From Octopus vulgaris (Eukaryota), in contig OX597826.1 in the NCBI GenBank assembly GCA_951406725.2, forward strand, positions 14,818,001 to 14,882,000: a stretch of 64,000 bases of DNA, read 5' to 3'. This document shows positions 13,613 through 26,788 of this stretch, one piece after another; positions within the stretch are counted from its first letter, which is position 1; each line of letters begins with the position of its first letter. The translations under genes were made by a program, and so were the position numbers. The notes beneath the pieces were generated by a model. The model was not told the DNA's origin, did not search any database, and saw nothing but the letters and a program-made list of their open reading frames with translations.

Positions 13613-14314
13613 CCATATACATTTCAGTAATTCAGTTTATTAATGTTTCAGAATTTCTCATGTTTATCGTTCCGCTACTGAGATCATTTCGTCAAGATTT
13701 AACAACCCTGCATGCGTGCCAAATCTCTACAGCAAAACGCATTAGAATTGCTTTGGCAAAAATCTTAAAATTTTCATTTTCGTCTGAGGATATTTGGTGG
13801 GAGGAATGATTTTTTTTTTTTTTTTTTTTGTTTTTTTCGTTTTTTTCCTATTCTAGTTTCTTACGGTACGGAAAGTCAACTTTCATATCATATTCTTGTT
13901 ATTAGTGTCGTAGTAGTAGTGGTGGTGGTGATGGTGATATTATTGATACTGCTGTTGTTTATGAGTTTCTTGTGGTTTTAATATCATTGTTGTTGTTGTT
14001 GTTGTTGTTGTTGCTGTTGTTTCATATTTTCACTTAAGTCAATCAAAATAACTTATCTTTTCCAATTTCCATTTCACTGTGATAAATAAATAAAAAAAAT
14101 ATTGCAGAAGTCGTATAAAATGCCAGAAAAAGGAAAGAATGAAAACACGAAAAAAAGTAAATTAAAAAAAAAAGATAGGGAAGAAGGAAACTCAACGAAT
14201 CTAGAGAAAAATAAAACATTTGACAAGTTTTGTTTTTGAAAAAAGAATTTGGAATATTTTTTAACTCCTGAAAGTGCTGTCACTGTTCTTGATGATGATT
14301 ATGATGATGATGGA

Positions 14315-14755
14315 CGTGGTGGTGGTGGTGGCGGCGGTGGTGGTGACGATGGTAATGGTAGTGGTGGTGGTGGTGGTGGTGGTGACGATGGTAATGGTAG
14401 TGGTGGTGGTAGTGGTGGTGGTGGTGGTGGTGGTGGTGGTGGTGGTGGTGGTGGTGGTGGTGGTGGTGGTGGTGGTGGTGGTGGTGGTGGTGTTGGTGGT
14501 GGTTGTTTTGGTAGTGGTGGTAGTGTTGGTGGTGGTTGTTTTGGTAGTGGTGGTAGTGGTGGTGGTGGTGGTGTTGTTGGTGGTGGTGGTGGTGGTGGCG
14601 GTGGTGACGATGGTAATGGCAGTGGTGGTGGTAATGGTGGTGGTGGTGGTAGTGGTGGTGGTGGTGGTGGTGGTGGTGGTGGTGGTAGTGGTGGAGGTGG
14701 TGGTGGTGGTAGTGGTGGTAGTGGTGGTTGTTTTGGTGGTGGTGGTGGTGGCGAT
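14315..14755. repeat. (GGT)n degenerate trinucleotide array
   Basis: Direct reading. Produces the spurious poly-Gly and poly-Val ORFs. Confidence 0.95.
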
Positions 14756-15099
14756 GCTTACTTAGTAGCTCTCGCTGTGTATACCGCTTCCGTTACATAC
14801 ATGCCAAAATTGTTATCAATCTTTGCCTGCTGCTGTTGTTATTGTTCTTGTTATTGTTGTTGTTGTTGTTGTTGTTGTTGAAGTTGCTTCTATCGAATAC
14901 GTTATTGCCACTATTGGTGAATCTTTATAATGAAAGTAGACAACGATAAAATATATTTTAAAATGTCCCACATTGGCAGAAGGCCAAACATTCTAAAGTC
15001 TGAATTTATAAAACCAACTTAAATGACACACATTATTTGACTGGTACTTGTCTTACTTACTACTCGACTTCTATAACTAGTACTACATTATTTGTTTCT

Positions 15100-15490
15100 C
15101 TTTGATTTAGGCACAAGGCCTGCAATTTTTAGGGAAGGAGGTTAGTCGATTACAACGATCTCAACACTTGACTGGTACTCTATTTTATCCATCCCAGATA
15201 GATGAAAATCCAGGTTGGTATTATCAGGATTTGGACTCAGGACGTAGAGAACAATCCATTTTTTACATGACTGCTAATATAGCCACAAAGCCAGAAATTT
15301 TAAAGGAGGAGTAAAGAGCTTTTGAGCTAGGATTTCCTTGTGGAAAATAACTCATATTTATCCGAATTTTGGGGTATGTCCTACATATGTGATGCCTCGA
15401 AAGAATGGAAGGCAAATTCGACCTCGGCAGAAGTCGGACTCAAAATCTAAAGAGGAAGCATTTTATCCAGTGTGCAATAGATTCCGCCAT
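15100..15490 (-). mobile_element. Two degraded SINE family C (Meta-domain) copies
   Basis: ggcacaaggcc...gtcgattaca...actggtact...gatgaaa motifs of the family C reverse complement. Confidence 0.55.
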
Positions 15491-15680
15491 GTCGCTGTCT
15501 TATTCTTATTAATAATAATATAAACATTATTTATTAAATCAATGATAGATATATTGTTGTAAAATTAAGGGTTATCAGAAACAGACTGTCTGCTTCTGTT
15601 TGCTCTGAATTTTAAAAAACTAGTCGGTGTAAATTTAGCCCTTCAAACTACACGGATATATAAAATTATTCCCAGTAAAA

Positions 15681-16127
15681 GGATCTTTTCGGTTTGAACG
15701 GCAGTTTTTCTGGCGGTGTCATATGAAATTGTCACCCATAATTATGACCCTAGTATCGATCTATTGCATTTCAATCTATTTTAGTGTTAGGGTTAGTTAG
15801 GGTTACTTAGGGTTAGGGTTAGGGTTAGAAGTGGGGGAAGGGAATCTTTTTTCTTCAGAAATGTAAATAAACCCAATCTGTTTCTTAAACGAGGGACATA
15901 TTCATACGGCACAGAATGTTTTCATCTCAATAGACGTCAGTGATTAGTTGAAATTGCAGAAATTGAAGGAAGAAAACATCAAATCTCTTACAAACTATTG
16001 AATTTTCTCAATAAAGCCAGGAGAAAAAGATGTTTTATTAACACATTCTACCAGTATACGAATTTTAAAAGTGTTTAGCTACGTGGAAATTATTTTTAAA
16101 AAAATGCCGTTCGAACCGCAAAGATCC
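15681..16127. mobile_element. MITE with ~28-bp TIRs, 8-bp TSD and internal TTAGGG repeats (Merlin-like)
   Basis: TIRs ggatcttttcggtttgaacggcagtttt / aaaaatgccgttcgaaccgcaaagatcc. TSD cagtaaaa at 15673-15680 and 16128-16135. TTAGGG cluster at 15786-15828. Confidence 0.85.
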
Positions 16128-16682
16128 CAGTAAAATACTAGGCTTTGATTTCACTCTACCCACACCTATTATTTAAAAACTACCCACACCTATTATTTAT
16201 ACTAAAGTTTAAATGTTTTGCTCGATAGATTAGTAGTTCGAAACTATCAGAATATTTGACTAACTATGTGTTTCCGTCAACTACTTTCTGTGTTCAAATC
16301 CTGACCGAGATATTGATACAATAAATGCTAGTCATGTATTGATCCAATATTGGATTGATTGACTCAGAAGAAATCAATAGTAAATTCCTAGTTACCGCTT
16401 ATTTGCGAAATAAACAGAATCAAATCTCAAAAGCACATATGAGACACTGAATCTCTGAGTGTCAACTTATAGGCTACAGTATAATAACTAAACAGCCTCT
16501 TATTTATTTATTTATTTATTTATTTATTTGTTTGTTTGTTTGTTTGTTTGTTTGTTTATTACCATTCAATAATAATGGCCGCAAGTAATCTAATCACAAA
16601 CGGACAAACTTCGCGAACACCTGTCACTTTATGAGACCAAGTATGATGAAATGTATATTATCCAGGGCGTTGCCAATGGCAG

Positions 16683-17030
16683 TGTGGTGGTGGTGGTGGT
16701 GGTGGTGGTTGTTCTGGCGATGGCGGTGGCGGTGGCGACGGCGGCGGTGGTGGTGGTGGTGGTGGTTGTTCTGGTGGTGGTGGTGGTGGTGGTAGTTCTG
16801 GTGGTGGTGGTGGCGGTGTTTGGTGGTGGCGGTGGTGGTAGTGGCGGTGGTGGCGGTGGTGGCTCTGGTGGTGGCAGCGGCAGCGGCGGCGACGGCGGAG
16901 GCGGCGGCGACGGCGGAGGCGGCGGCGACGGTGGAGGCGGCGGCGACGGTGGAGGCGGCGGCGACGGTGGAGGCGGCGGCGACGGTGGAGGCGGCGACGG
17001 TTGTGGCGGTGGTGGTGGTGGTGGTGGTAT
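16683..17030. repeat. (GGT/GGC)n array with 18-bp minisatellite (ggcggcgacgg(c/t)ggaggc) x~6
   Basis: Direct reading; minisatellite at 16885-16995. Confidence 0.9.
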
Positions 17031-17949
17031 GATGGTGCGATGGTGGCAGGATATAGCGTGATTGTGTGACGGATAAAGGAGTAGGAAGTATATATAAAAA
17101 CGAGTAAAGAAAAACAATATGTTTCGATCAATCTGTGCGATAGAAATCAAAGCTTAATTGAAACCTTTTCAGCATTGACTGTTAAAGCAAGACTCTGTCA
17201 GGCTGGTGTCAGGAGACCAAGAGAGAACGGGGGCGGGGGGAAGAATCACTGCTCCGCATAATTCATTCCTTTTCCTAATTTAAATTGAAATCGGCAATGG
17301 CAACAACAAAAACATCAAGAAATATAACAGCAGTATCAGCAACAGTGTATAATATTTTTTTTAAATCCATAGCTCTCAGTTTAATCCATTAAGTGCTAGT
17401 CACCTGGGATTAAGGTCGTAACCTAGATTTCTAGTCATAAGAGGAACTTCATAAAATGTCACAATGATGACATTTTCGGACAGCGGATTGTTGCATTTTT
17501 AATGTTTTATTATGTTTTAGCACCCGCACGCTCTTTTGGTGTTTGTTCGTAATTTAACTAAAATTACAACTGTTTTCTATGCGAATACTTCTGATAAGAG
17601 AAATAGAAAGGCAAGCCGAATGTTTACCTGCTATTCCATCTAGTCTTCCTTCGTTTCTGTACTCATATCTTATCTAAATCAACTGTAGAAACACAACAGC
17701 ATACATATGTGCAATTCTGCTCCGCAGTTGCATCGTTATTATAACCAATAGTACTAATAAGGAACTACTTCTTGATTCCACTTCTTGATTCCACCATATA
17801 ACTACACAGAAGATTTCTTCCGTTGTCCACTCGCCACGTTGCGAGTTTTCTCAAATTGGGGCAGCTTACGGTTTGTTTGTTTTTTGTTATTTTTGTTTCT
17901 TGTTTTTTTTCCTTTGTATATTGTATCCTAAAGTTTCATTATATTAATC

Positions 17950-18155
17950 AAATAGATTTTGCTAAAAACACATGAAAAAACAACAAAACTAGGACGTGGT
18001 ACATGCAAAATATTATCAGACACTCAGGGAAGGAAAGACAGGTAGTTTTACGTTTCGAGCAAAGCTCTTCTTCAGAAATAGGAAACAGAGGAAAGTATCC
18101 AAGAGAATAGGAAGACGGAGGAAAAAAATCGCCAACGATCCACATGTGGTCATAC
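17950..18155 (-). mobile_element. Short Penelope-like pLTR element (P5) with canonical hammerhead core
   Basis: Minus strand 18046-18079 reads ttt-CTGAAGA-A-GAGC-ttt-GCTC-GAAAC-GTA-aaa. Homologous to the 30026 and 37951 elements. Confidence 0.65.
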
Positions 18156-18499
18156 ACCTACTTGTGTATGTGGTGGGTTTTTATCTCCCTGCTAGCGATA
18201 TAAACAAGAGTGCATTTTGCACCAAAAGCCAATGTGGGACATTTTCTCATGGTAACCAACGCAATATAGTTTATCCTAATAGATCAAGCACAATTAAGGG
18301 GAGATAAATATTACCTTTCGTTGTTAATACTGCCACTGTCACTCTTCATTAAGAGTTGCAAACATTTGTGAATATAGACAAATAATTGTTGATAGAAAAA
18401 ACAATTTTGTAGGGGAAGTTAATGGATGGACAATGATGGATTGAGTTACACTGGGTTTAAGACACAGGAGTGATACTAACAGAAGTAAGGGAGAGATAT

Positions 18500-18681
18500 A
18501 TATTTCTTTATTACCCACAAGGGGCTAAACACAGAGGGGACAAACAAGGACAGAGAAATGGATTAAGTCGATTATATATCGACCCCAGTGCGTAACTGGT
18601 ACTTAATTTATCGACCCCGAAAGGATGAAAGACAAAGTCGACCTCGGCGGAATTTGAATTCAGAACGTAACGGCAGACGAA
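18500..18681 (-). mobile_element. SINE family C (Meta-domain), 5' truncated
   Basis: Core CCGAGGTCGACTTTG...TCATCCTTTCGGGGTCGATAAATTAAGTACCAG and tail AGCCCCTTGTGGGTAATAAAGAAATA. Confidence 0.9.
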
Positions 18682-19330
18682 GGTAGACTGTAATGGCTAG
18701 GGGGCAAAAGGTTGGTTAGCTAGCTAGCTTAGATCAGAGGAGTCGCTGTCCATATTGTTGACAAAAGAGCGGATTATAAATAGATTTGCTGACCGACTGC
18801 TCAGATGCAAGCATACAGCCAAACACCTGTTCAAAGAATACAATGCAAACTACACCCACCGGACACAAACCATAACCCCGACAACTCAGATTAACCTCCC
18901 TCCCCCCACCGATTGAAAAACCTCATGAACTGCAACCTTCGAGACTATACGAAAGAAGGACCAGGTGAGAACGCTAAATCTTTTTAGGTACGTTTGTATA
19001 GGACGCTTGCAGAACGCAACAGTAACTAGAACATAGACTTTTCAAAAACGTAACAGACTGATTAACAAAAGAGAAAAATGTTTTGCCCAGACACAGTTAT
19101 ACTTACATATGTTCCCATATGATTCCTTCAGAACGCAACTAAGAGTAACTAAAATATGCAAACTTAAAGGTACTAGAGTATAGCCCCTAATTCAACATAA
19201 CAGATGAATTATCTAAAGGGGAAGAATATGTCTTTCTGTATCTTTACACCTTGTGTGCAAATATTTACACCTTGTGGTAGGATATAGATGTTCATATGTG
19301 TTCAGATACGTAACCTTACCATGCAGATGG

Positions 19331-19412
<82 letters not shown>

Positions 19413-19733
19413 CAACAACAACAACAACAAATAGTTACTGCTTGAAAAACTAACGAGGCAATAGACATCCGTAGCTCTAATCGAGACGCAGGAAAGTGTA
19501 CGTGTATGAGGGCAAGTATATGCGTGCCTGTGCGCGAGTATAGATATACGTATACATGTGCGTTTGTGTAGCGGGGTATGTGTGCGTATATGCGTACGTG
19601 CATGTATGTGGATCGCACATGCATGTGCATGTGTGTGTATATATATGTATATCTACGGGTGGATATATATGCGTGTGTAAATATATGTATATGAGTACGT
19701 GTGTATATATATATATATACATATATATATATA

Positions 19734-20130
19734 AGCGTAGGAGTGGTTGTGTGGTAAGTAGCTTGCTTACCAACCACATATTTCTGGGTTCAGTCCCACT
19801 GCATAGCACCTTGGGCAAGTGTCTTCTACTATAGCCTCGGGCCGACCAAAGCCTTGTGAGTGGATTTGGTAGACGGAAACTGAAAGAAGCTCGTCGTATA
19901 TATGTTTGTGTGTGTATATGTTTGTGTGTCTGTGTTTGTCCCCCCAAAATTGATTGACAACCGATGCTGGTGTGTTTACGTCCCCGTAACTTAGCGGTTC
20001 GGCTAAAGAGACCGATAGAATAAGTGCTAGGGTTACAAAGAATAAGTCCTGCCGTCGATTTGCTCGACTAAAGGCGGTGCTCCAGCATGGCCGCACTCAA
20101 ATGACTGAAACAAGTAAAAGAATAAAAGAA
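19734..20130 (+). mobile_element. SINE family B, full length
   Basis: tRNA-like head, CCTTGGGCAAGTGTCTT CORE-like segment, family B tail. Confidence 0.9.
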
Positions 20131-20132
20131 TC

Positions 20133-20212
<80 letters not shown>

Positions 20213-20589
20213 GAGGTGTATTCCGTTAAGAACGTATTAGAGTACAAGTATGTGTGAGTGTATTTGCGAAACAATAAAATTTATCATGTGCAGCCTAACA
20301 TTTGAAACAAAGTAAACAGACAACGCACAATGCCGCTCACGTCGAGCGTGTAGAGGCACGCTCACACCGAATGGATTGAAACTGTCAGCTTCTGTTAAAT
20401 TCAGAGAAGCCAGTTGGATGTGATAGTATCGAAATCAAACATTTGTGTATTGGTTTGACGCTTGGGAAGTTAGCGGTGAAGCATGGCGAATGATTAGAAA
20501 AAGGTTTGAAAGAAAGGGAGATAATAAAGTGCTGGTGATCCCAAATGAAGGTGCGCGTGCATGTTTGTGTATTAGAGTACAAGTATTAG

Positions 20590-20907
20590 AGTACACCACT
20601 CTTCGGGCATTACAGCGACTCCAGTCCGACCTCTCCACCTCACACATCTTCCCCCACCTACCCCTTCCCTCCTTCATACGAACCCATAACCTGCGTGGTC
20701 TCCGTAACCCCATCTCCCAGCCTGGCTCGTTCCCCTGCCCCTACCTCTCCAACATCACCATCTACAGGCACCCATCATTGTCCCTATTACATCATCGACT
20801 TCTTTACCTGTACTTCTTGTAACACCATTTACTGCATCTCCTGCTCTTTCTGCCCTTCCCTGTACATCGGTCAAACGGGGCGCCACTTGGTTGACCGGTT
20901 CGCGTAG
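20590..20907 (+). pseudogene. Penelope-like element GIY-YIG endonuclease fragment
   Basis: ORF 20695..20907 ends FTCTSCNTIYCISCSFCPSLYIGQTGRHLVDRFA, the Penelope C-x-S-x-N-x-IY-x-I-x-C-xx-C...YIGQT GIY-YIG signature. Flanked by inverted repeats at 20445-20570 and 20946-21085. Confidence 0.85.
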
Positions 20908-21139
20908 AGTTACTAGCACCTATTCACACACACCATTGTCACATACACACAGACGCACGCGCATCTTCATTTGGGATGACCAGCACTTTATTATCTCCCT
21001 TTTTTCAACCTCTTCTTTCAAACTTTTTTTCTAATCATTCGCTATGCGTCACCGCTAACTTTCCCGAGCGTCAAACTAATACACTTGCTTGTCTTTTGTT
21101 TTTCTATAAATTTCAACTGTATATATACATACACACACA

Positions 21140-21187
<48 letters not shown>

Positions 21188-21264
21188 CACGCACATGCGC
21201 GCGCGCACACACACACACATACACAAACACATACATATATATATATATATAGACATACTTATTC

Positions 21265-21400
21265 TTCTACATATCGATGTAATCTCCAGGGATACAGGCA
21301 TCCACCAACAGGACCGCCGTAATGCTATGATGGACCGTGAAGTATGGCATAACATAGTAAATTGTCTTTTCTCGAACACGGACGAACAATGATGATGATG
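21265..21400 (+). mobile_element. RTE-type LINE 3' end with (GAT)n tail
   Basis: IDVISRDTG...AMMDREVWHNIV then TGA(TGA)n, resembling RTE ORF C-termini (a.DR..W). Confidence 0.6.
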
Positions 21401-21535
21401 ACATATTGAGGTTGCTAAGTATTGGTGAGTGCCTCTTTTACTCGACAAAATAATTACCCGTTACCTAAACTAAGTCATACACTTCATACGCTGAAGTAGC
21501 ATTTTTATAAGAAATCGGAAAACATGGATTCTTCA

Positions 21536-21905
21536 TCTCTATATATATAAACGGCAAAATGTCTGTCTGTCTGTGTGTATATCCTTTATACAAATCCACA
21601 ATTTTTCAGTTATAGGGCCGGCACTTTCTATCGTCATTTAAAACCGTCCTAGGGTGGTCGTGCACATCTTTACATTTCCCCACTCACCCGGCAAAGCCAT
21701 TAAAAATCAATAGAAGTGACTTTTTGTGAATTTTCTATCCAAAACCCAATCAAAATGCGCGAAACTTGATACGCCAATTGAATGCCAGCTAGCTGTATGT
21801 GATTGGTCGGAAATTTGGACAGTACTCGAGTGTATGTGCGCACGCACGCAGCTGTATATGCATGTACTAGCACTATGACCCGGCGTTGCTAGGTCATAGT
21901 GCTAG
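21536..21905 (+). mobile_element. Non-autonomous Helitron-like element (~370 bp)
   Basis: 5' A|TCTCTATATATATAAA followed by (TCTG)n. 3' 14-bp-stem hairpin ctagcactatgacc/ggtcatagtgctag ending CTAG. No TSD. Confidence 0.7.
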
Positions 21906-21934
21906 AACTCAATAATTAATATTTATAGTTTTGA

Positions 21935-22135
21935 GAGTGGTGAGCAAGCAGAATGGTTAGCACGCCGGTTAACATGCTTAGCGGCATTTCATCCGTCTTG
22001 ACGTTCCGCCGTGGTGAACTTTGGCTTTTATCCTTTCGGAAGTCGATAAAATAAGTACAAGTTGAGCACTGGGGTCAATGTAATCGATTTACCCCCTATC
22101 CTGAAATTGCTAGCCTTGTGCCAAAATTCGAAACT
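21935..22135 (+). mobile_element. SINE family C, tail type 2 (..ccttgtgccaaaattcgaaac), diverged
   Basis: Head gtgagcaagcagaatggttagcacgccgg and Meta core. Confidence 0.75.
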
Positions 22136-22376
22136 AAATTTATAGTCTTTGCCTCTTCACCGTAAGCAAGTCATTAATCTACATCTTGTGGTGGGACTAC
22201 ATCTGGGGAGTTCAGGACTTTAAGGATACGAACAATTACTCTTCTCTAGTTTGCGCTGGTCCAGAGTGATGGTAACTGCTTTGGTTCCCAGTAATGGGTC
22301 AAATAGCAGATGTCCTGTGGCTAAGAAAAGTGTTGCACATGCCTTGCTGTGAGCTGGCAGAATCCTTAGCACGCAA

Positions 22377-22608
22377 GGCGGTGAACTGGCAGAATCATTA
22401 GCACTCCGGGCGAAATGCGTAGCCGTATTTCGTCTGTCGTTACGTTCTGAGTTCAAATTCCACCGAGGTCGACTTTGCCCTTCAGCCTTTCGGGGTCGAT
22501 AAATTAAGTACCAGTTGCGCACTGGAGTCGATATAATCGACTTAATCCGTTTGTCTGTCCTTGTTTGTCCCCTCTGTGTTTAGCCCCTTATGGGTAGTAA
22601 AGAAATAG
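22377..22608 (+). mobile_element. SINE family C, tail type 1, full length
   Basis: GGCGGTGAACTGGCAGAATC...GAGTTCAAATTCC...GTAAAGAAATA, preceded by a duplicated head fragment at 22351-22374. Confidence 0.9.
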
Positions 22609-23616
22609 ATATGACCTAATACCACGTCACCTAGTTCCTTTGCCTCATGATCAACTGGCTCTTTGACATGAGAATGATTTCAAGAGAGTATGAAACTTGA
22701 AATGTATGCTATAAAAATAGCACTCGTCAACGGAAAAACCACTGCTGTATCTTTTCCAAGGAAACTCATAAATCTTCAGATTTTACCATAGAAGTCCATA
22801 TTCATTGATGCTTGTCCGTGTGGTGAGATGCAGAAAGATAATCTGGGTAGACACTGCCTGCCTTGCCTTCTCGTTGTGCACATCCATAGCAGATACAGTG
22901 TTTGTGACAGCAGCATGGTAACTAAACATTCAAATCTACAAAAATATTTTTCTTCCCTCTCTCTCTTTCTATCTCTCCCTCCCCCTCTCTCTCTTTCACA
23001 CACACACTCACTCTCTTTCTCCCTCTTTCTCTGACTAATATCAAGTAGAGGCAGAAAATAGATCGGATTCGTTTATAATAGCTAAGCCGAAGGTCAATAT
23101 CTCTACAGCAATACGCATTTAAAATATCATTTATAATACATAAAAATGACATCGAGTTTTTTTTTGCATTGGTCATTGCAGTGATTATGGCTTCCAAACC
23201 ACTAAGAAATAAAACTGTAAAAGGCGAGCCATCCCAGAGAGCAAAAATGAAACAGGATTAATTTATTTATATCAAATCTATGGAATGTGATCAAGAATAA
23301 TAAACGTCCAATCTATTCTATTTTGTGGAAGAGAATTCTATGTGTACCAAGCCACCTGCATATTTTGAATATTCATGTATTCCATGATTAATGCCCTGGA
23401 ATTAGTAGTAAGCTCATTGTCATCCTATTTCGATTATCTGATTGATTAACATTATTCCCTTACACTATAAATAACTCTAGAAAATATGCTAATGACACAA
23501 ATATCACATACACTCTCTCACCTATATCTAAAATCTAAGTGCCTATTGAAAATGCCCGTTCAAAATGGCTGACCTTTAGTAAGGAGAGACACACAAATAA
23601 GAAACAAGAAAGCAAA

Positions 23617-23661
23617 GGACCACTGATGAGGTCACAGAAGTGTGACGAAAGAACTCTGGCC
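23617..23661 (+). ncRNA. Minimal hammerhead ribozyme motif, canonical core
   Basis: ggacca-CTGATGA-G-GTCACA-gaag-TGTGAC-GAAA-GAAC-TC-tggcc: perfect 6-bp helix II, CUC cleavage triplet. Confidence 0.7.
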
Positions 23662-23995
23662 GAAATAAGATTAAGATTAATGTAAAAAATAAATAAAGCT
23701 GAAGCAAATTAACACCAAAGATATAGTGCGTGTGTTTTTATTAGCTAAACTGACAATATGACCATCCCCAAATACAACAATATCTGTTTCAACACACGAT
23801 TTCACATCAAGAAAATAATTCCATAATCGTGTATTCGTATAGGTGTGTGTGCGCCCATGCGTATATACACACACACACTCCATACATGTACATACACGCA
23901 TACATACATATATATATTCACACAAGCATGTGTGTGTGTGTGTGTATGTGTGTGTGTGTATGTGTGTGTGTATGTGTGTGTGTGTATGTGTGTGT

Positions 23996-24038
<43 letters not shown>

Positions 24039-24429
24039 AGAGACAGAGGGAGGGTATGTTTGTTTCGCGTGCGTGTATGTGCAGTGATTATCAACTCGAT
24101 TTCTAATTTCTCATTGCAAAAATATCTTTATACCACATTCCATACCTCTTCTGCCATATTTATCCAAAAGTCTTTGCCAAACGGACCTCATAGTTTTCAA
24201 GAATCACAGCCAACATATACTCTGCTTCGTTGGAAATGGATTTTGTATTTTCACTCCGTCAACAGATTTGCACATTTTGGACATGTAAGACAGCAGTATT
24301 CTTCGGCAAATGCTGCAGCTATATGCATATAAATACCTGTTTTGGTTTCCAACGATATATTTCATGAATGGTAATTTTGGCTTTTTAACGTGCACTATAA
24401 CCACAGGTGGTACAAGTGGCATTTGTTGG

Positions 24430-24700
24430 TCATTCAAAGTTGAAATGTTTGACGGTATGGGAGTCCAATGTGAATTTTGTAAGTGTATGTACGTTAGAAA
24501 AAAGGTTATCAGGGGATGGAATTCTGGAGTGCTATAATTCAAAGAATGAATGGTTACTGTTGGGAAGCTGCTTCTTGTATGACGGATCAAGGGTGGTACA
24601 CAATTGGGGAGTCCTGAAGCTGAGATGTCGTTACTATATGAATTGAAGATGCGTAGCAATGAAACCACGTGTCTTTGAACCACTTGTAGTGTGAGCATTT
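24430..24700 (-). pseudogene. Highly degraded CR1/L2/Jockey-group LINE C-terminal fragment
   Basis: QRHVVSLLRIFNSY...VPPLIRHTRSS resembles the RR.V.SL..FY.Y...VPP...TRSS tail of these RTs; weak match. Confidence 0.35.
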
Positions 24701-25658
24701 GCTAATCGGGTGGTTGATCTATATTTAATGTTCTAAAGCAAGTATTTCAGTTTGTAACAATAGTATTAAGATTTGCAGGCAGTATTTTAATAACACGTGA
24801 TAAGATTGATCGGAATTTAAATGTTTTCTGGGATGAAAGATGAAATTTATGTATTTTTATTTGGCAGCGCTATAAATAAACATGATAGAGCATGAGATTG
24901 TGATGCCTATCATCTGTAACAATAATGAGTATTTTAAATCTGTGGGCTATTCATGTTCAAGGAGGTTGTACTTTCAAAAATGCTTCCTTGATGCGTGCGG
25001 GGTTTAACAATCAGTGTTGTTTAGAAAAAGGGGGTAGGTTTTCATGTCGTATTTGAATAGTGTTTTCTTTTAAACTTTTCATAAAATCTATATAGATCTA
25101 GCATTGCATGTCAAAGTTACGTTTGAATGACGTGTGTATACTGAAGATTAACGAAGGGGGAAGATTGTTGCCCTCTGAATAAGAGTGTTTGTAACTGGAG
25201 AGTAAAACTACATCTAAGTCGATCACATTCTGAATAACTAGAGGCATATGTGAACCCTCAATTACATCCGAAACTAGTGAATGGCCCATGGATGCAAGCG
25301 GCGATTAAAAGGCCTAATATGATACGAAACAGTATTTTTCGAGAAAGTCCTTAAATGAAAACCGATTGAAACCATAACTAATATCATGGCCAACAACATT
25401 GCTAACTTCATTGTTTTAAGAGGTAACATACGACCTGTATGTAAGTAAGAGAGAAAGTTCCCTTTTGATATGGACCGGTAGAAACTATGGAAGGTCTAAG
25501 AAAACAAGGGCAGTTTGACAAATAATCAGGTAAGTGGTTGTTTAAGGTTACTTAAATCACCAACGAGAAATCAGAAATGGGATATGGTAGATGGTTTATT
25601 GTTAAGGTCTTTTCGTCGCATGTACATTATCGTAACAGATACAATATATTACAACAGA

Positions 25659-25880
25659 CGGCGAGCTGGCAGACACGTTAGCGCGCCGGTCGAAATGCTT
25701 AGCGGTATTTCGTCGGTCGTTACGTTCTGAGTTCAAATTCCGTCGACTTTGCCTTTCATCCTTTCGGAGTCCATAAATAGAGTACCAGTTTCGCACTGGG
25801 TCGATGTAATCGACTTAATCCCTTTGTCTGTCCTTGTTTGTCCCCTCTATGTTTAGCCCCTTGTGGGCAATAAAGAAAAA
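25659..25880 (+). mobile_element. SINE family C, tail type 1
   Basis: Full head and tail. TSD-like ttacaacag on both sides. Confidence 0.9.
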
Positions 25881-26788
25881 AATTTTACAACAGTGTATAG
25901 AAATAAGATTCGGTGTTAAAATTATTCAACAAACTTTAAGTTGATTAAGTAATTACTTAAACTTTGTTATGTTTATTAAGTAATTAATAAATTTTTTTAA
26001 AATTCAATTCCATTTAGAACATAAATCCGTAGAAATAAAATATTTTCATATTCTTTTGATTTTATAAACTCCATTTAATCTTTACAGCAGGTGTTGTTAA
26101 AAAAATATTCTCTAGCGTTTTAGTTAAGTGTATAAAGTAAAATTTTCGATTTTAATCGGTTAAAACAAAGAGAAATCTTACAATTAATTAATTTATTTAT
26201 TTGTCATACACAGATGTTACAAAATCTTTGTGAATACCATAATTCTTTTAATCGTTACGTCAGTGTTGAAGTTTTGCTTACTTAATGTAAGTGTATCGTC
26301 AAATATATATCCAAAGTATATATTTCAAAAGACTCACGTTCAAAACTACAGGTCACTAAAATATTGGTATAATGTTGCAGCTCTGAGCTGAAACAAGAAA
26401 AACGAAGGTTCTCGCTGCATGGTACTGGTTTTATAGTTAAGACTGGGCTTGTGAAAATTATGTGTTGTTAATAAAAACGGCACTACATCGGAGGCTCTGA
26501 CATCCCGATATATAATAGACTCGATAAATATAAATTATCTGCTTGAGTAGTCACAATAAGTCAATGGAAGTATAATAGGTGTTGTGATACTTCTTTACCA
26601 ATGTAGAGAAACTTAAACAGAATAAATTCAAGACGACTGCGGATCGTACAAACTCCACTGATAACTAAAATTTGAAGGAGTTTACGTTGACCTTTTAATA
26701 ATCGACGTGGCTTTCATAAAATATTTCCTTTAGTTATTTCTGGTTTCATTATTATAACAATAAGAAAACAATAATTGTTTTAACTAAA

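Noticed and set aside
14249-14881. 210-aa Gly-rich ORF (also 16651-17061 and 38759-39331) resembling structural proteins
   Set aside because: These are translations of (GGT)n/(AGT)n microsatellites, open in several frames and strands, with no signal peptide or splice support.
15786-15828. Telomere or fusion remnant
   Set aside because: It is short, degenerate and internal to a MITE.
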